Source: a virus
Length of the DNA: 64,000 nucleotides
Virus record (IMG/VR): IMGVR_UViG_3300035208_007100
Strand: one strand, 5' to 3'
The position numbers and the translations under genes were made by a program. This document shows, piece by piece, positions 1 through 9,813 of this stretch. The notes under the pieces are model-generated. The model saw nothing but the letters and a program-made list of their open reading frames with translations. It was not told where the DNA came from and did not search any database. Within the stretch, counting starts at the first letter, position 1, and every line of letters begins with the position of its first letter.

Positions 1-65
1 GAAGAGCACCGTCTGACGTACTGCCGACCGCCGTCGCAGGAGACGTCGCCGCAGGGCGCCCAGCC

Positions 66-94
66 TTGCACAAGGTGCGGTGCTTGGATATTCT
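66..94 (+). promoter_or_regulatory. sigma70-like promoter (TTGCAC-17bp-TATTCT)
   Basis: -35 TTGCAC at 66-71, 17-nt spacer, -10 TATTCT at 89-94, upstream of the gene run starting at 183. Confidence 0.5.
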
Positions 95-182
95 CTTACC
101 CGTGCGCCGACTGTGGTCACAGAGGACCGCAAGGCCTGTTCGGTCTCTGATTTTGTTTTCTCTAACGCGTGAAGGAGTTCCC

Positions 183-392
183 ATGGACAGCTTGTTCCAA
201 TTCGCCGTGTTGTTGGATCCCACCGACGAAGAGCGCGAGGCCGGGGCCAAGAGCCAGCTGATCGTGCCGCCGGGTGAGTGGATCGTGGCCAAGTCCGAGG
301 CCGAGGTTGGATTGCACGCTGCCCGGCACTCCGCAATGGCCGAGCACATGGACCATGCGGATCGCCTGCGGATCGTCATCCGCCCTTTCTGA
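183..392 (+). CDS. hypothetical protein (69 aa)
   Basis: GAAGGAG RBS before ATG183; GC3-rich codons. Confidence 0.7.
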   Translation: MDSLFQFAVLLDPTDEEREAGAKSQLIVPPGEWIVAKSEAEVGLHAARHSAMAEHMDHADRLRIVIRPF

Positions 393-651
393 AATCCGGT
401 CTCCAGAGCCCACTGGGTGACCGGTTGCAGAAGATGCAGTTGATGATGGGCCGCGCGACAGGGCCGACAGGCCCACACGGTTCAATGGGCCCCGCAGGGG
501 TCTCAGGTACGATCGGGCTGGCATCGCTGGGCTACGACTGGAAGCGTGAGCAACAGTTGCTGGCGGCCGAGACGCGGTTGCAGGACAAGACCACCAAGGC
601 CTACAACTTGGGGTCGCTGCTCAACCAACGATGACCAGTTAGAGGGGTAAA

Positions 652-1008
652 ATGACCCAGCTTAACCGGCGTAGCATCCTCAAGGCGGTCCTGGGAGGCG
701 CAGCAAGCCTCCTGGGGCTGCCGCTGGCCCGCCTGAGCCCTGCGGCGGCTCCCAAGGCTACCGGGAGGGTCTTTGCCGAGCTGCCCGCGGCGGGCGTCCT
801 GGCGAAGGGCAATCTGGACACGGTAATCCCCTGGCCTACGACTCCAGAGGGGATGATGCGGATGGCCGACTGGTTAGCCCACACAGGCCTGGGCCTCTCC
901 TGGGAAGACCGGACGAAATGGCTGACCGAGTTGAAGCAGGCTAACCCCCTGTTGCACACCCTGACTGCGCAACGGTCGCGCATGCTGCAGGCGAGGGCCG
1001 AGGGATGA
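652..1008 (+). CDS. hypothetical protein with twin-arginine (Tat)-like leader
   Basis: N-terminus NRRSILK followed by a hydrophobic stretch and AAA; GAGGGG RBS. Confidence 0.6.
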   Translation: MTQLNRRSILKAVLGGAASLLGLPLARLSPAAAPKATGRVFAELPAAGVLAKGNLDTVIPWPTTPEGMMRMADWLAHTGLGLSWEDRTKWLTELKQANPLLHTLTAQRSRMLQARAEG

Positions 1009-1442
1009 GCCACTTCGATGAGTTCATCGACAGCTACTTGCCGAACGCCTGGCCCAAATTGGCCCGGCTGGAGATCGACAGCTTTGGATCGCTCCAACGC
1101 TACGCGGCCGAGGAACTGGAGGTCGTGGGTTTCACTGACGAGGAGATTCACTTGTTGGATCAAACAGCCCCCGGCGGTCTACGGAAGCGGAACGAAGAAG
1201 AGGAGCAGCAACACAGCACCAACTGTTCGCACTGCAGGGGCATCCGCGACCGCAGCGGGACGGTCAGCAGCACCAATCCCATGGTCAGCTTTCTCTATGA
1301 GCTGATGCGGGGCCATGTCCCGCCGGGCGTGGTCGAGCAGATCATGGCCAACATGGAGGTGGAGCGAGGCAAGGAAGTCGTCTTCACCAACGGCTGGCTG
1401 GCCAACTATGCTAAGGACGTGGCCGCACGTCTGCGGCCTTAG
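1005..1442 (+). CDS. hypothetical protein
   Basis: ATGA overlap with the previous stop; CxxC. Confidence 0.65.
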   Translation: MSHFDEFIDSYLPNAWPKLARLEIDSFGSLQRYAAEELEVVGFTDEEIHLLDQTAPGGLRKRNEEEEQQHSTNCSHCRGIRDRSGTVSSTNPMVSFLYELMRGHVPPGVVEQIMANMEVERGKEVVFTNGWLANYAKDVAARLRP

Positions 1443-1471
1443 CTTCGGCCGACAGCACAGGGAGGTGCTTC

Positions 1472-2029
1472 ATGCCACGCACGTTTGAGGAGATCTGCGC
1501 GGACTACTACGCAACCGCGGCCACGTACCAGGCAGGGATCAACGCCTACGGTGACAGCTACACAAACAACACGTTGGCGAGGACCTGCTTCCAGGCCGCA
1601 CTTGCCGTGAGCGGCCCCGTGGGTAGATGGGAATGGGACTACAACATCTACGTGCGAAGCAAGTGGCAGAGCATGAACTGGGAGATCTTCCAGACCATCA
1701 CCCCGGCGTACGACGGCTACAACGACATCTACCCCGCTTACCTGCAGGCCTTCTACTACGGCACGGCAGAGGAGCTGGCGGAGATCGAAGAGGATCGAGT
1801 CTGGTTTGCCAACACGTTGACAAACGGCGTCAATCACTATAACCAGTACTACAACGATTACTCCGTCAACTCGGTCAGGTACGCATGGGATTACGAAGCG
1901 GCGGAATTACGCACCGAGGCGCTGGAGAACGCCCGCGGTGCGTGCGTGCAGGCGCGGGATGCCCTGGTCCCACTCTACTATCACCTCTGTGACCTGTACG
2001 ACGAGTACATCGCCGCTTTTCCTCCCTAG
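1472..2029 (+). CDS. Tyr-rich hypothetical protein
   Basis: GGAGG RBS; strong GC3 codon bias. Confidence 0.7.
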   Translation: MPRTFEEICADYYATAATYQAGINAYGDSYTNNTLARTCFQAALAVSGPVGRWEWDYNIYVRSKWQSMNWEIFQTITPAYDGYNDIYPAYLQAFYYGTAEELAEIEEDRVWFANTLTNGVNHYNQYYNDYSVNSVRYAWDYEAAELRTEALENARGACVQARDALVPLYYHLCDLYDEYIAAFPP

Positions 2030-2047
2030 CCACTTGGAGCTTTTCGC

Positions 2048-2236
2048 ATGGCGTGCTATCATCGTCGCCACTCCCGCCGGGCAGGCAAGAAGAAGAACCA
2101 GTCCCGCAAGGCGTTGCACAAGGCACGGTTGAAGCGAGTCCAACGGGAGCGACGGAAGCAACGCGACGCGGCGAAGCTCAAGGTGCTCCAACAGTGGCGG
2201 AAGATCTCCCGAAGCGGAAGCGGCCCGTCATTTTGA
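2048..2236 (+). CDS. small basic hypothetical protein
   Basis: GGAG RBS; K/R-rich 62 aa. Confidence 0.5.
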   Translation: MACYHRRHSRRAGKKKNQSRKALHKARLKRVQRERRKQRDAAKLKVLQQWRKISRSGSGPSF

Positions 2237-2248
2237 AAGGAGTCAACG

Positions 2249-2368
2249 ATGCCCTGGTGGGGATGGTTTCTTACGGGCGGAGCGATTGGACTGATCGTCG
2301 GTGTTTTGGGCACGGTGTTCTTGGGCCCGCTGGTCTTTTGGCTTTGTGGGTATGGACATGACTGGTAG
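2249..2368 (+). CDS. small membrane protein (39 aa; not in ORF track)
   Basis: AAGGAG RBS; MPWWGWFLTGGAIGLIVGVLGTVFLGPLVFWLCGYGHDW*. Confidence 0.55.
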   Translation: MPWWGWFLTGGAIGLIVGVLGTVFLGPLVFWLCGYGHDW

Positions 2369-2705
2369 CACGGCGGCGAAAGAACTGACGCTTGTCGAAT
2401 GCTTGTCGCTGGCCCGTACTTTTGCGTGGCTAGTGAACCAGTCCTTGTTCAACGCAGCGGGCAGCGAGCCCTCACTCGCGTACAAGCGGGTCTGCAACGG
2501 GGTGGGCGAGATCATCGCCTCGCTCGACGACAATCGTCGGAAGCTGGAGCAGCTGGTGGCAGAGGGCCTCGATCCCTGGCCGTGCCACGTGGGCTTGCCG
2601 CCCACCGACGCCCTGCAAAGACTGGCCGAGATCATCGTGGTCCAAAAGGGCATGGGGGCAATCACCATCGGTTCGAGTTCCTTCACTTGCGAGGCTGCCA
2701 AATGA
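2358..2705 (+). CDS. hypothetical protein
   Basis: tiles between neighbouring genes; start uncertain (2352 or 2358). Confidence 0.55.
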   Translation: MTGSTAAKELTLVECLSLARTFAWLVNQSLFNAAGSEPSLAYKRVCNGVGEIIASLDDNRRKLEQLVAEGLDPWPCHVGLPPTDALQRLAEIIVVQKGMGAITIGSSSFTCEAAK

Positions 2706-2989
2706 TGACCCCCGACGAAGCCCTGGCCGAGATGCAACGGTACGACGACGAGAAGTTCTTTCTGGGTCGGATGGGCTACCTGCGAGAGAAAGGACAGGAG
2801 CTACAGGCCAAGCTGCGGGAAGTGTCCCCAGGAAACCTGGCCGCTACGACCAACATTGCCGTGTGCGAGTTCCTGGACGTGATGCTGGTCACCCTGATCG
2901 ACCTGCGGATGCGGCATGAAGCCTTCCGCGAAACCACCACGCCGCGTGTGGTGAAACTCGAAGAGGCTGCGAAGGCCACCAAACCATGA
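2702..2989 (+). CDS. hypothetical protein
   Basis: ATGA overlap; GAGG RBS. Confidence 0.6.
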   Translation: MMTPDEALAEMQRYDDEKFFLGRMGYLREKGQELQAKLREVSPGNLAATTNIAVCEFLDVMLVTLIDLRMRHEAFRETTTPRVVKLEEAAKATKP

Positions 2990-3969
2990 GCTGCCCTCTA
3001 CACGTGCTTCACCCGGCCGACGGCCATGTCCTGCAGGTGTACTGCGGGATTGAGACCTGGGAACCGCTACGCGTCGGCGACCAGGTGAAGTGGAAGCCCG
3101 ACTTCTACAGCCCGGGCGATTGGCCCAACGACGTCTACGAAAGCAACCGCGAGGACGGCAGCGACGATGACTTCGTGGTCATCAAGGACTTCTGCATCTC
3201 GCAAGTTCTGCGGCCGCCCCTGCGTCCCGGTGGTTCGCCCTTGGGACTCTATCACCCAGCCAACTGGAAGGACGAAGAGCCAGACGAGAACGGCCCCTGC
3301 GTGTATGACGTGCTGCGACGGGATATGGGGCTCGGGCAGCCGTCTCGCGAACTGTGGCCCGACTTGGCGTGGGAACGGGTACGTCGCGAGAAGGAGCAAG
3401 CGGAACGCGAACTGGAAGAACGGAAGCAGCAGTTCCTCCAGGAGTGGCGAGAGGGAAAGCACTTCGGAAAGCACTTCGGGTTCTTCGTCGCGGAACCACA
3501 GGGAAAGGAATCCGAAAAAGTTTCCCCCTCCGAGGTCGAGGTGCTCAACGAGCGGCTGTTCGACAAGCTTTGCGGAGCGGAGCGGCGGCTGGAGACAGAA
3601 GAGGACGCGATCCGCTATTTCATGGCCACGGACTCGGTGAATAGCTTCACGCGGGCCAAGATGCGAGAGCCGGGCTTCATGCGGCTGATCTTCACACCCT
3701 GGAAGGAGCTGCCCGAGCTGGCCCAGCAGATCGAGCGGCCCGTGAACTTGAAGATGGCGGGCTGGGACTGGCACGAGCGGCCGATAGTGCGGGAGCTGTC
3801 TCAGCGGCTCAAGTTCGACCCGTTGGACATGGCCCGGCAAGCGGCCGAGTACTGGGGCAAGCAGGTGCTCAAAGAGGCTGGGCAGTGGGGCGGGCACATG
3901 TCGGTCTGCGGGACCTGGTGCGGGGACCACTGGACATTCAGAGTGAGCAAGTACCCAGGGGAGAGCTGA
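2986..3969 (+). CDS. hypothetical protein (327 aa)
   Basis: ATGA overlap; GC3 bias. Confidence 0.7.
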   Translation: MSCPLHVLHPADGHVLQVYCGIETWEPLRVGDQVKWKPDFYSPGDWPNDVYESNREDGSDDDFVVIKDFCISQVLRPPLRPGGSPLGLYHPANWKDEEPDENGPCVYDVLRRDMGLGQPSRELWPDLAWERVRREKEQAERELEERKQQFLQEWREGKHFGKHFGFFVAEPQGKESEKVSPSEVEVLNERLFDKLCGAERRLETEEDAIRYFMATDSVNSFTRAKMREPGFMRLIFTPWKELPELAQQIERPVNLKMAGWDWHERPIVRELSQRLKFDPLDMARQAAEYWGKQVLKEAGQWGGHMSVCGTWCGDHWTFRVSKYPGES

Positions 3970-3970
3970 G

Positions 3971-4102
3971 ATGACACCCGAGCAGGCGACCCAGCTGCTG
4001 CGACTGGTGACGGACATCAACCACACCCTGGCGCTCCTGACGGGTGTGATCATCGTCGGCGTGTTTCTGTTTGCGATACGCTGGATCATGCGAGGAGAGT
4101 GA
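3971..4102 (+). CDS. small membrane protein (43 aa; not in ORF track)
   Basis: MTPEQATQLLRLVTDINHTLALLTGVIIVGVFLFAIRWIMRGE* exactly fills the gap between two genes. Confidence 0.55.
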   Translation: MTPEQATQLLRLVTDINHTLALLTGVIIVGVFLFAIRWIMRGE

Positions 4103-4103
4103 G

Positions 4104-4730
4104 ATGAGCGGCAAGGACAAGGAAGCGGCCCAGGAAGGGATGCGGCAGCTGAAGGACTCGCTGGAGGCCGACTCCCAGGCGATGGGCTGGCTGCGGGCCG
4201 TGGAGCGGTTCGACGGTGAGCTGCGACGGGAGCTGGCCACTGCCAGGGACGTGGCGCAACGGGCCACCGAGTCTGCGATGGGGCTCAACGAGAGCCTGCG
4301 TACGACCGAGCAACAGCGGTTCAAGCTGCTGCAGCAAGTCGAGCAACTGACGCAACAGGTCAAGCAGCTCCAGCTCAGCCAGCAGCCGCGCACGATTCGC
4401 ATCGAGGAGTTGAGCTACCGGGACCGGCTGATGCGGCTGGTGCCCGGAGTCGACGAACGGCCCACGACGCGTGTCGAACGGAAGCAGCGGGTCGCGTGGC
4501 TCAAGGAAGCGGTGGAGAAGTACTTGCCCGAGTTCGTGCGGATGGTCGAGATGCACGGCACCAGCAAGTTCGACATGACCACGTTGCACCAGGATGCTTT
4601 CGCCTCCGCCTATACGGTGGACGAGTACACGCTCTGCGGCATGGCGATCAAGTACGCCGGATTGCACGGCGTGGAGCTGCACATCATCGGCAAGAACGGC
4701 TCCACACTGACACCCAAGGAGACGTGGTAG
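4104..4730 (+). CDS. coiled-coil hypothetical protein
   Basis: GAGGAG RBS; heptad Q/L run. Confidence 0.7.
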   Translation: MSGKDKEAAQEGMRQLKDSLEADSQAMGWLRAVERFDGELRRELATARDVAQRATESAMGLNESLRTTEQQRFKLLQQVEQLTQQVKQLQLSQQPRTIRIEELSYRDRLMRLVPGVDERPTTRVERKQRVAWLKEAVEKYLPEFVRMVEMHGTSKFDMTTLHQDAFASAYTVDEYTLCGMAIKYAGLHGVELHIIGKNGSTLTPKETW

Positions 4731-4738
4731 GAGGGACG

Positions 4739-5203
4739 ATGTTCAGCACATTACTGTGGCTGGTGTTCGCAGCGGCTCCTGGTCTGAATCGCGACATACC
4801 ACCTGCGCATGTCGATCGCCTGACGTACTTGCGAGCCTTTTGGCGCACGGCGGGCTACGACCCTAAGCAGATGGTCGAGCTGCCGGATGAGAGCAACTTG
4901 CCTGAGGTCGACGCGCTGAAATCCTCGAAGGTCTGCATCACAACGCTGCAGCCCTGTCATGTGTATCGGATCGAGGAGCGTTTCGCGGGCCCGTCCGTGG
5001 ATTACTGCGTGTTCCGCGGATTGCTTGTGCCTATCTACGCCGACCGTTATCTGAACGCGCTTTACGACCCGATGTGGGACGACGCGCCGCAGTTGCCGCA
5101 TCGCTATGGCGAGGTGCTCGTGTGGCGTGGTTTCTCCGTGGGTGGCGCAGAGGTCCAAGCCGCCACAGCACGGGGCGCACTCCAGCAGCTGCTGGACCGC
5201 TGA
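4739..5203 (+). CDS. secreted hypothetical protein
   Basis: GGAGG RBS; signal-like MFSTLLWLVFAAA. Confidence 0.6.
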   Translation: MFSTLLWLVFAAAPGLNRDIPPAHVDRLTYLRAFWRTAGYDPKQMVELPDESNLPEVDALKSSKVCITTLQPCHVYRIEERFAGPSVDYCVFRGLLVPIYADRYLNALYDPMWDDAPQLPHRYGEVLVWRGFSVGGAEVQAATARGALQQLLDR

Positions 5204-5204
5204 A

Positions 5205-6254
5205 ATGTCGCTCACGCATTTCGGCATCGATCTGCTGCATTCAGGGCTGTCCGATCAGCTCGCCCAGCTTGACGTGCTCTACCGGGTTGGCCGCTCGCTG
5301 GGGCTGCGTTACCTGCACAGCCCGCTCAATGATGGACATGGCGACAATTTTCACGGCTACGAGATGGATACGTTTCTCGGCCTGTCTCGCGGGGAGGAAC
5401 GGTTATCGCTCTACTCGTGGCAGGATCCCAAAACATCCCCGCAGATCTTGCGGCTGACGCCACGACCCGTGCCTCCCACCACAGTCTCGCTGATCGACTG
5501 GGTTCGTCATTGCGTCTCCCAGGATTACCGAGAGGGCCAGACCGTGTTGATGCTGGACCCGCGGGAGAACCAGTTGGCGCTGTGGGGGTCGGTGTGGGGC
5601 GGTCACTCGCGAATCTGGGCAGGACTGCAGCCGACCCCCTTTCAGTTCCGACGCAAATACTGGGAACAGCGGCTGCAGTGGCCGATGCCTGATGGTTTTT
5701 CTCCCGGCAGTGTGTGGGTCGCTGTTCACATACGGCTGGGCACGATGAAGTTGCTGACGTTCAATAACCGGCGATTCGCGGGTGCGCGGGAGATCGCTGC
5801 CGGAGTGCGACCGCCATCCTACACGCAGGACTTGTTGGCTGTAGCTGTCTACCGCGAGCTGCTTCATGCCTTGATCGAGGAACATCCTCCAGGTAGTCTC
5901 TCTATCCGTGTGTTCTCCGATGGCTACGCAAGCACCTATCGGCTGGCTGAGTCGCTACCTTGGTCAGCGGAGCAGCAGGCTGAGCTAGCCCAGCAACGGC
6001 GGCGAGATGAACGGGAGTTGTATGCGTTGTGCGAGCTGCCGGGAGTTCAGCTCCAAGTAGCCGGGTCGCTCTACGAAACAGTGCACTCGCTGGCCATTGC
6101 CGACGTTGTGCTGTGGGGCTCGGGGCACTTCGTACAGTGCACCAACGCATTCGGACGGAACATGCAGCGACAACGATTTCACGTAGTTCAGCAGCGACAA
6201 GAGGCACAGGCCTATGTGCGGAAGCTGGTCGCTGGAAATTCCGTACGTAAGTAA
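5205..6254 (+). CDS. fucosyltransferase-like (GT11/GT23-like) glycosyltransferase
   Basis: SGLSDQL near the N-terminus, VAVHIRLG (HxRRGD-like), VFSDG, ADVVLWGSGHF. Confidence 0.5.
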   Translation: MSLTHFGIDLLHSGLSDQLAQLDVLYRVGRSLGLRYLHSPLNDGHGDNFHGYEMDTFLGLSRGEERLSLYSWQDPKTSPQILRLTPRPVPPTTVSLIDWVRHCVSQDYREGQTVLMLDPRENQLALWGSVWGGHSRIWAGLQPTPFQFRRKYWEQRLQWPMPDGFSPGSVWVAVHIRLGTMKLLTFNNRRFAGAREIAAGVRPPSYTQDLLAVAVYRELLHALIEEHPPGSLSIRVFSDGYASTYRLAESLPWSAEQQAELAQQRRRDERELYALCELPGVQLQVAGSLYETVHSLAIADVVLWGSGHFVQCTNAFGRNMQRQRFHVVQQRQEAQAYVRKLVAGNSVRK

Positions 6255-6257
6255 AAT
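6238..6257 (-). promoter_or_regulatory. copy 1 of recurring TTACTTACGT(R)CGGA motif (reverse orientation)
   Basis: attccgtacgtaagtaaaat; reverse complement ATTTTACTTACGTACGGAAT; just upstream of the 6269 RBS. Confidence 0.55.
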
Positions 6258-6268
6258 CAGGAGGAGTC

Positions 6269-6802
6269 ATGAACAGCACCGACCCAGAACGCTTTGGCGC
6301 CGGAGCGCTGAACGGTGGGAACCCCTGGAAGCCTCTGGTGGCTTTTTCCAACGACATGGTCGAGCATTACGACCGCACGGAGGTGATGGAAGTCCCCGGC
6401 GGCGTGGTGATCCGCGTGACCAACCAACTGCTTAACCCTGCTCCGCCGGGCCATCAGCACAAGCACGACACGTGGGCGTTGTCCGAAGCCATGACGTTCG
6501 TCCCCGGCGTGCGTGTGGAAGAGATCGTCGAGCATGGCCAGGTCATCAACCGGCGATTGGTGCCGTTGGAGACGGCCCTGACCGACCTGGCCCGTACCGA
6601 GAAGTTCTTCTGCACACTGCGACTGGCCTATACGCTCATGGAAGAGGTCTGGGCGTGTGACGAGGCAAACTGCTACAACCTGACCCGGGGTGACGCCTAC
6701 CTGGCGATTGCGCTCGACAAGGGTGTCGACAGCGACAAGGCGGAGACGCGGCTGTTGTTCTCCACCAGTGGTCAGTTCCTGGGCTACGGTACGTGGATGT
6801 GA
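6269..6802 (+). CDS. hypothetical protein
   Basis: AGGAGGAG RBS. Confidence 0.7.
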   Translation: MNSTDPERFGAGALNGGNPWKPLVAFSNDMVEHYDRTEVMEVPGGVVIRVTNQLLNPAPPGHQHKHDTWALSEAMTFVPGVRVEEIVEHGQVINRRLVPLETALTDLARTEKFFCTLRLAYTLMEEVWACDEANCYNLTRGDAYLAIALDKGVDSDKAETRLLFSTSGQFLGYGTWM

Positions 6803-6805
6803 CCC

Positions 6806-7432
6806 ATGGGCTTGAACGTCGTAGGCTGGGACGCTCTCTACGAGGCACTAGGCAGCACGGGGCAGCTGCTAGAGGGCTGTACCATGTTCGAGCTGGGCAA
6901 TCAGCGGGTGGTCCATCGATCGCAGACCGACAAGTATGGACGACACTACACTGTTTGGCTGCCGGAGTTCGAGACCGCCAAGGCTTTCTTTCTGTTCTGC
7001 GGCGCGTCGCGACACGTCTCTATGGACCTCAACGGGCAGGATGGTGCGTTGCCCCGCGATATCTGCGATCCGGTGACCGATCTGGGTGTTTTCGATGTGG
7101 TCACGAACTTCGGCTGTAGCGAGCACATCCACGACCAGCGTGGGTGTTTTCAGGGACTACATGCGCTGTGTCGTGTGGGTGGGGTCATGGTCCATGTGGT
7201 GCCGCCCGTGGGCGAATGGCCAGGACATGGGCAATATCACTACACGGAGCAGTTCTTTGAGGGCCTTGCACGGGCCAATGCCTACCGCGTGGTGCTGTTG
7301 CGACGGGCGGCAGGCGAGCCCCACCGCCCGCTTCTGTGTTGCGGGCTGGTGAAGCAAGAAGACGCTCTTTTCGCTTGCCCTCGCTCGCTGCAGGCGGGAA
7401 CTTGGATGGAAGACGGAACTACTACCGGGTAG
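6806..7432 (+). CDS. class I SAM-dependent methyltransferase
   Basis: MFELGNQ, SMDLNG, FDVVTNFGCSEH, GGVMVHVVP. Confidence 0.7.
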   Translation: MGLNVVGWDALYEALGSTGQLLEGCTMFELGNQRVVHRSQTDKYGRHYTVWLPEFETAKAFFLFCGASRHVSMDLNGQDGALPRDICDPVTDLGVFDVVTNFGCSEHIHDQRGCFQGLHALCRVGGVMVHVVPPVGEWPGHGQYHYTEQFFEGLARANAYRVVLLRRAAGEPHRPLLCCGLVKQEDALFACPRSLQAGTWMEDGTTTG

Positions 7433-7475
7433 GCTAATGAGGTTGGCGCGGCTTTGAACAAGGAGGTTCTCTCAC

Positions 7476-7979
7476 ATGCAAGCAGATCCCCCATCCCCGT
7501 TGTTGATGAAGCGTCGCGGCGACTACGCGACATATCCCCGCTGGGTGTTCCCTGTCTGCGACTACCGCGTGCTCGATGGCGACACGGTGGAAGTCGACCT
7601 GGACCTCAACTTTGGGCTCACCAAGCAGATCCACATCCGGCTCACGGGTATCGACACACCCGAGCTGCGCAACGCGGCCCAGGCGGCCGCAGGCAAGGTG
7701 GCCAAAGCGGCCATCTACGCCTGGCTCACGCCGTTGTTCCAGGCCGGGCGGCTGATGTGCGAGCCGTTGGAAGAGGACAAGTACGGCAGTCGTTGGATTG
7801 GGGACTTCTTCGACCTGAACCACCCCACGTCCACACGTGCCAGCCAGTGGATGCTCTCGGCAGGCTATGCCAAGGTCTACACCGGCGGCACCAAGACGGC
7901 GTGGACGGAGTCGGAGCTGTCCCTCATCGTTTCCAAAGGGCCGCCCGCCGACCCAGGGCCGAAGGGTCCGCGGAAATGA
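7476..7979 (+). CDS. thermonuclease (SNase-like) family nuclease
   Basis: RVLDGDT, IRLTGIDTPE, DKYGSR, GYAKVY motifs. Confidence 0.85.
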   Translation: MQADPPSPLLMKRRGDYATYPRWVFPVCDYRVLDGDTVEVDLDLNFGLTKQIHIRLTGIDTPELRNAAQAAAGKVAKAAIYAWLTPLFQAGRLMCEPLEEDKYGSRWIGDFFDLNHPTSTRASQWMLSAGYAKVYTGGTKTAWTESELSLIVSKGPPADPGPKGPRK

Positions 7980-8635
7980 GCGAGGCGGCAGAGCGTCCAA
8001 CGCTGCGGCAACTACATGAGCTGCATCGCACGGAGCGCGATGCGGAGTGGCATACTCGTTTCGGCGTTCATCTGTGCGATCGCTACGACAAGTTGCTCAG
8101 TCCGCGTCGGGATCAAGTGCGGAAGGTCCTGGAGATCGGTGTGCGATGGGGTGCTGGGGCACGCATGTGGCGAGATTACTTCCCCGACGCGCAGATTTGG
8201 GGACTGGACATCGATCCGCGGTCGAAGTGCGCGGAGGCCGAGCGGATCCACGTGGTGATCGGTGACCAGGGCAACCGGGAAGCGCTCCAGCGATTGGCTA
8301 CGCAGGCTCCTCCGTTCGACCTGGTGATCGACGACGGCAGTCACCACGTCACCGACATTCGCACCACGTTCTGGGCAGTGTTCCCGTTCATGGCTCCCGG
8401 CGGGTTGTACATCGTCGAGGACCTGTGGTACAGCTACTATCCCGAATGGGAGCCCAAGTTCCAACAACACCCAGCAGGCCGCCCGGACCGTCGCGAGTTC
8501 GACGCGTTCGTGCAGCGGCACGTTTGGCAGATGGACCACGGGCGGGGTCAGGTGGCGAGCCTGCACTTCTGGCCCAGTGTGCTCGTCGTAGAGAAAACCG
8601 GAGGGCGATATGCGACTCCTGTTCTACAAGGCTGA
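7976..8635 (+). CDS. sugar O-methyltransferase (MycE/TylE-like)
   Basis: VLEIGV, IWGLDID, IGDQ, FDLVIDDGSH, GGLYIVEDL. Confidence 0.8.
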   Translation: MSEAAERPTLRQLHELHRTERDAEWHTRFGVHLCDRYDKLLSPRRDQVRKVLEIGVRWGAGARMWRDYFPDAQIWGLDIDPRSKCAEAERIHVVIGDQGNREALQRLATQAPPFDLVIDDGSHHVTDIRTTFWAVFPFMAPGGLYIVEDLWYSYYPEWEPKFQQHPAGRPDRREFDAFVQRHVWQMDHGRGQVASLHFWPSVLVVEKTGGRYATPVLQG

Positions 8636-9098
8636 ATACGGCACGTGGCGAGACAAGCTCATCGCCTTCTGGACTCACGGAGTCTTCAGCCACTGTGAGC
8701 TGCAGATGAAGGAGCACGTCTTCGGCACCTGGGAGCCGTGCTTCTCCGCTAGCTGGCGAGACAACGGCGTGCGGTTCAAGAACATCGTCTTCGACCCGGG
8801 CAAGTGGGTGGCGATGGACTACTTGCACACCGCATGGAACCAGCGTATCAGAATCAACGACTGGGCCTTGGAAGAGGTCGGCTCGCCGTACGACGTGTGG
8901 GCCATGGTGGGCTTCACTTTCCATCAGCCGTGGCAGGACAGCGACGCCTGGTACTGCTCGGAGTTGGTGTCCGCGGCGCTGCGGGTGGGCGACGTGTTCC
9001 GGTTTCCGCGACAGCTCAGTCCTCAGCGGATGTATGACATTGCGAGAGCGAGGTGTGATTGCTTCGGTAAACCCTACGACCCGGCGACCGGGCACTAA
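8610..9098 (+). CDS. permuted papain-like (NlpC/P60, YiiX/YaeF-like) amidase
   Basis: SHCEL (His) precedes G-x-PYD and WYCSELV (Cys). Confidence 0.7.
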   Translation: MRLLFYKAEYGTWRDKLIAFWTHGVFSHCELQMKEHVFGTWEPCFSASWRDNGVRFKNIVFDPGKWVAMDYLHTAWNQRIRINDWALEEVGSPYDVWAMVGFTFHQPWQDSDAWYCSELVSAALRVGDVFRFPRQLSPQRMYDIARARCDCFGKPYDPATGH

Positions 9099-9109
9099 GG
9101 AGCGACACG

Positions 9110-9787
9110 ATGGGACTATTGCGAGAGCTGGCCGAGAAGAATCGGCCGCGGAAGGGCTGTCCGGGCTCGTCCATGCTCGACATGATCGATGTCTACGAGC
9201 AGTTGTTTGCCGCAAGGCGCATGCAGGTAAAGACGATAGTGGAGATCGGAGTTGAGTCCGGGAACTCCTTGCGGCTGTGGCGCGATTACTTCCCCAACGC
9301 GCAGGTCTGGGGACTGGACCGGGACGCAGGCGCCGTACATCAGCAAGGCGAGCGGATCAAGGTGCTCGTGGGCGGGCAGCAGAACATTCCTTTCCTGCAG
9401 GATGTCTGCGAGAAGGTTGGCCCAATCGACATCGTGATCGACGATGCCAGCAAGGTCATTGTCTGGACGTTGACCAGCTTTCGTCTGCTCTACCCTCGCG
9501 TTGTCGAAGGCGGTGTGTACATCCTGGAGGACTCGATCTGCACGTACGACCCCAAGCACTACGCACACGCGAGTCCGCTTGGCTCTCAGGATCGCGCGCA
9601 GTTCGACTTCCACTTGCGCACGCACATCTGGGACATCGACCACCGCACGGGGCTGACGGGCAAGCTGGAGATTCATCCCAACATGGTGGTCTTCCATCGT
9701 CGCGTAACTCCCGTTGCTCAAAAAGCGGCTCCTCCTATAATGCAGGCTACTTCGCCAGGTGTCTTGCCCGGCGATCCGTCCAAGTAA
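9110..9787 (+). CDS. sugar O-methyltransferase, paralog of 7976-8635
   Basis: IVEIGV, WRDYFP, IDIVIDDAS, GGVYILED. Confidence 0.8.
   Translation: MGLLRELAEKNRPRKGCPGSSMLDMIDVYEQLFAARRMQVKTIVEIGVESGNSLRLWRDYFPNAQVWGLDRDAGAVHQQGERIKVLVGGQQNIPFLQDVCEKVGPIDIVIDDASKVIVWTLTSFRLLYPRVVEGGVYILEDSICTYDPKHYAHASPLGSQDRAQFDFHLRTHIWDIDHRTGLTGKLEIHPNMVVFHRRVTPVAQKAAPPIMQATSPGVLPGDPSK
9714..9741 (+). promoter_or_regulatory. sigma70-like promoter (TTGCTC-16bp-TATAAT)
   Basis: perfect -10 hexamer in GC-rich DNA, upstream of the 9814 gene and the sigma gene. Confidence 0.4.
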
Positions 9788-9813
9788 CCTCTTGTTGTGC
9801 AAAGGAGTTTCCC

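Noticed and set aside
278..634. Collagen-like small ORF (GPTGPHGSMGPAG)
   Set aside because: Only a few G-x-y triplets and no clear start or RBS; may be coding but cannot be supported
3454..3480. 12-bp tandem duplication (GKHFGKHFG)
   Set aside because: Single in-frame micro-duplication with no further pattern
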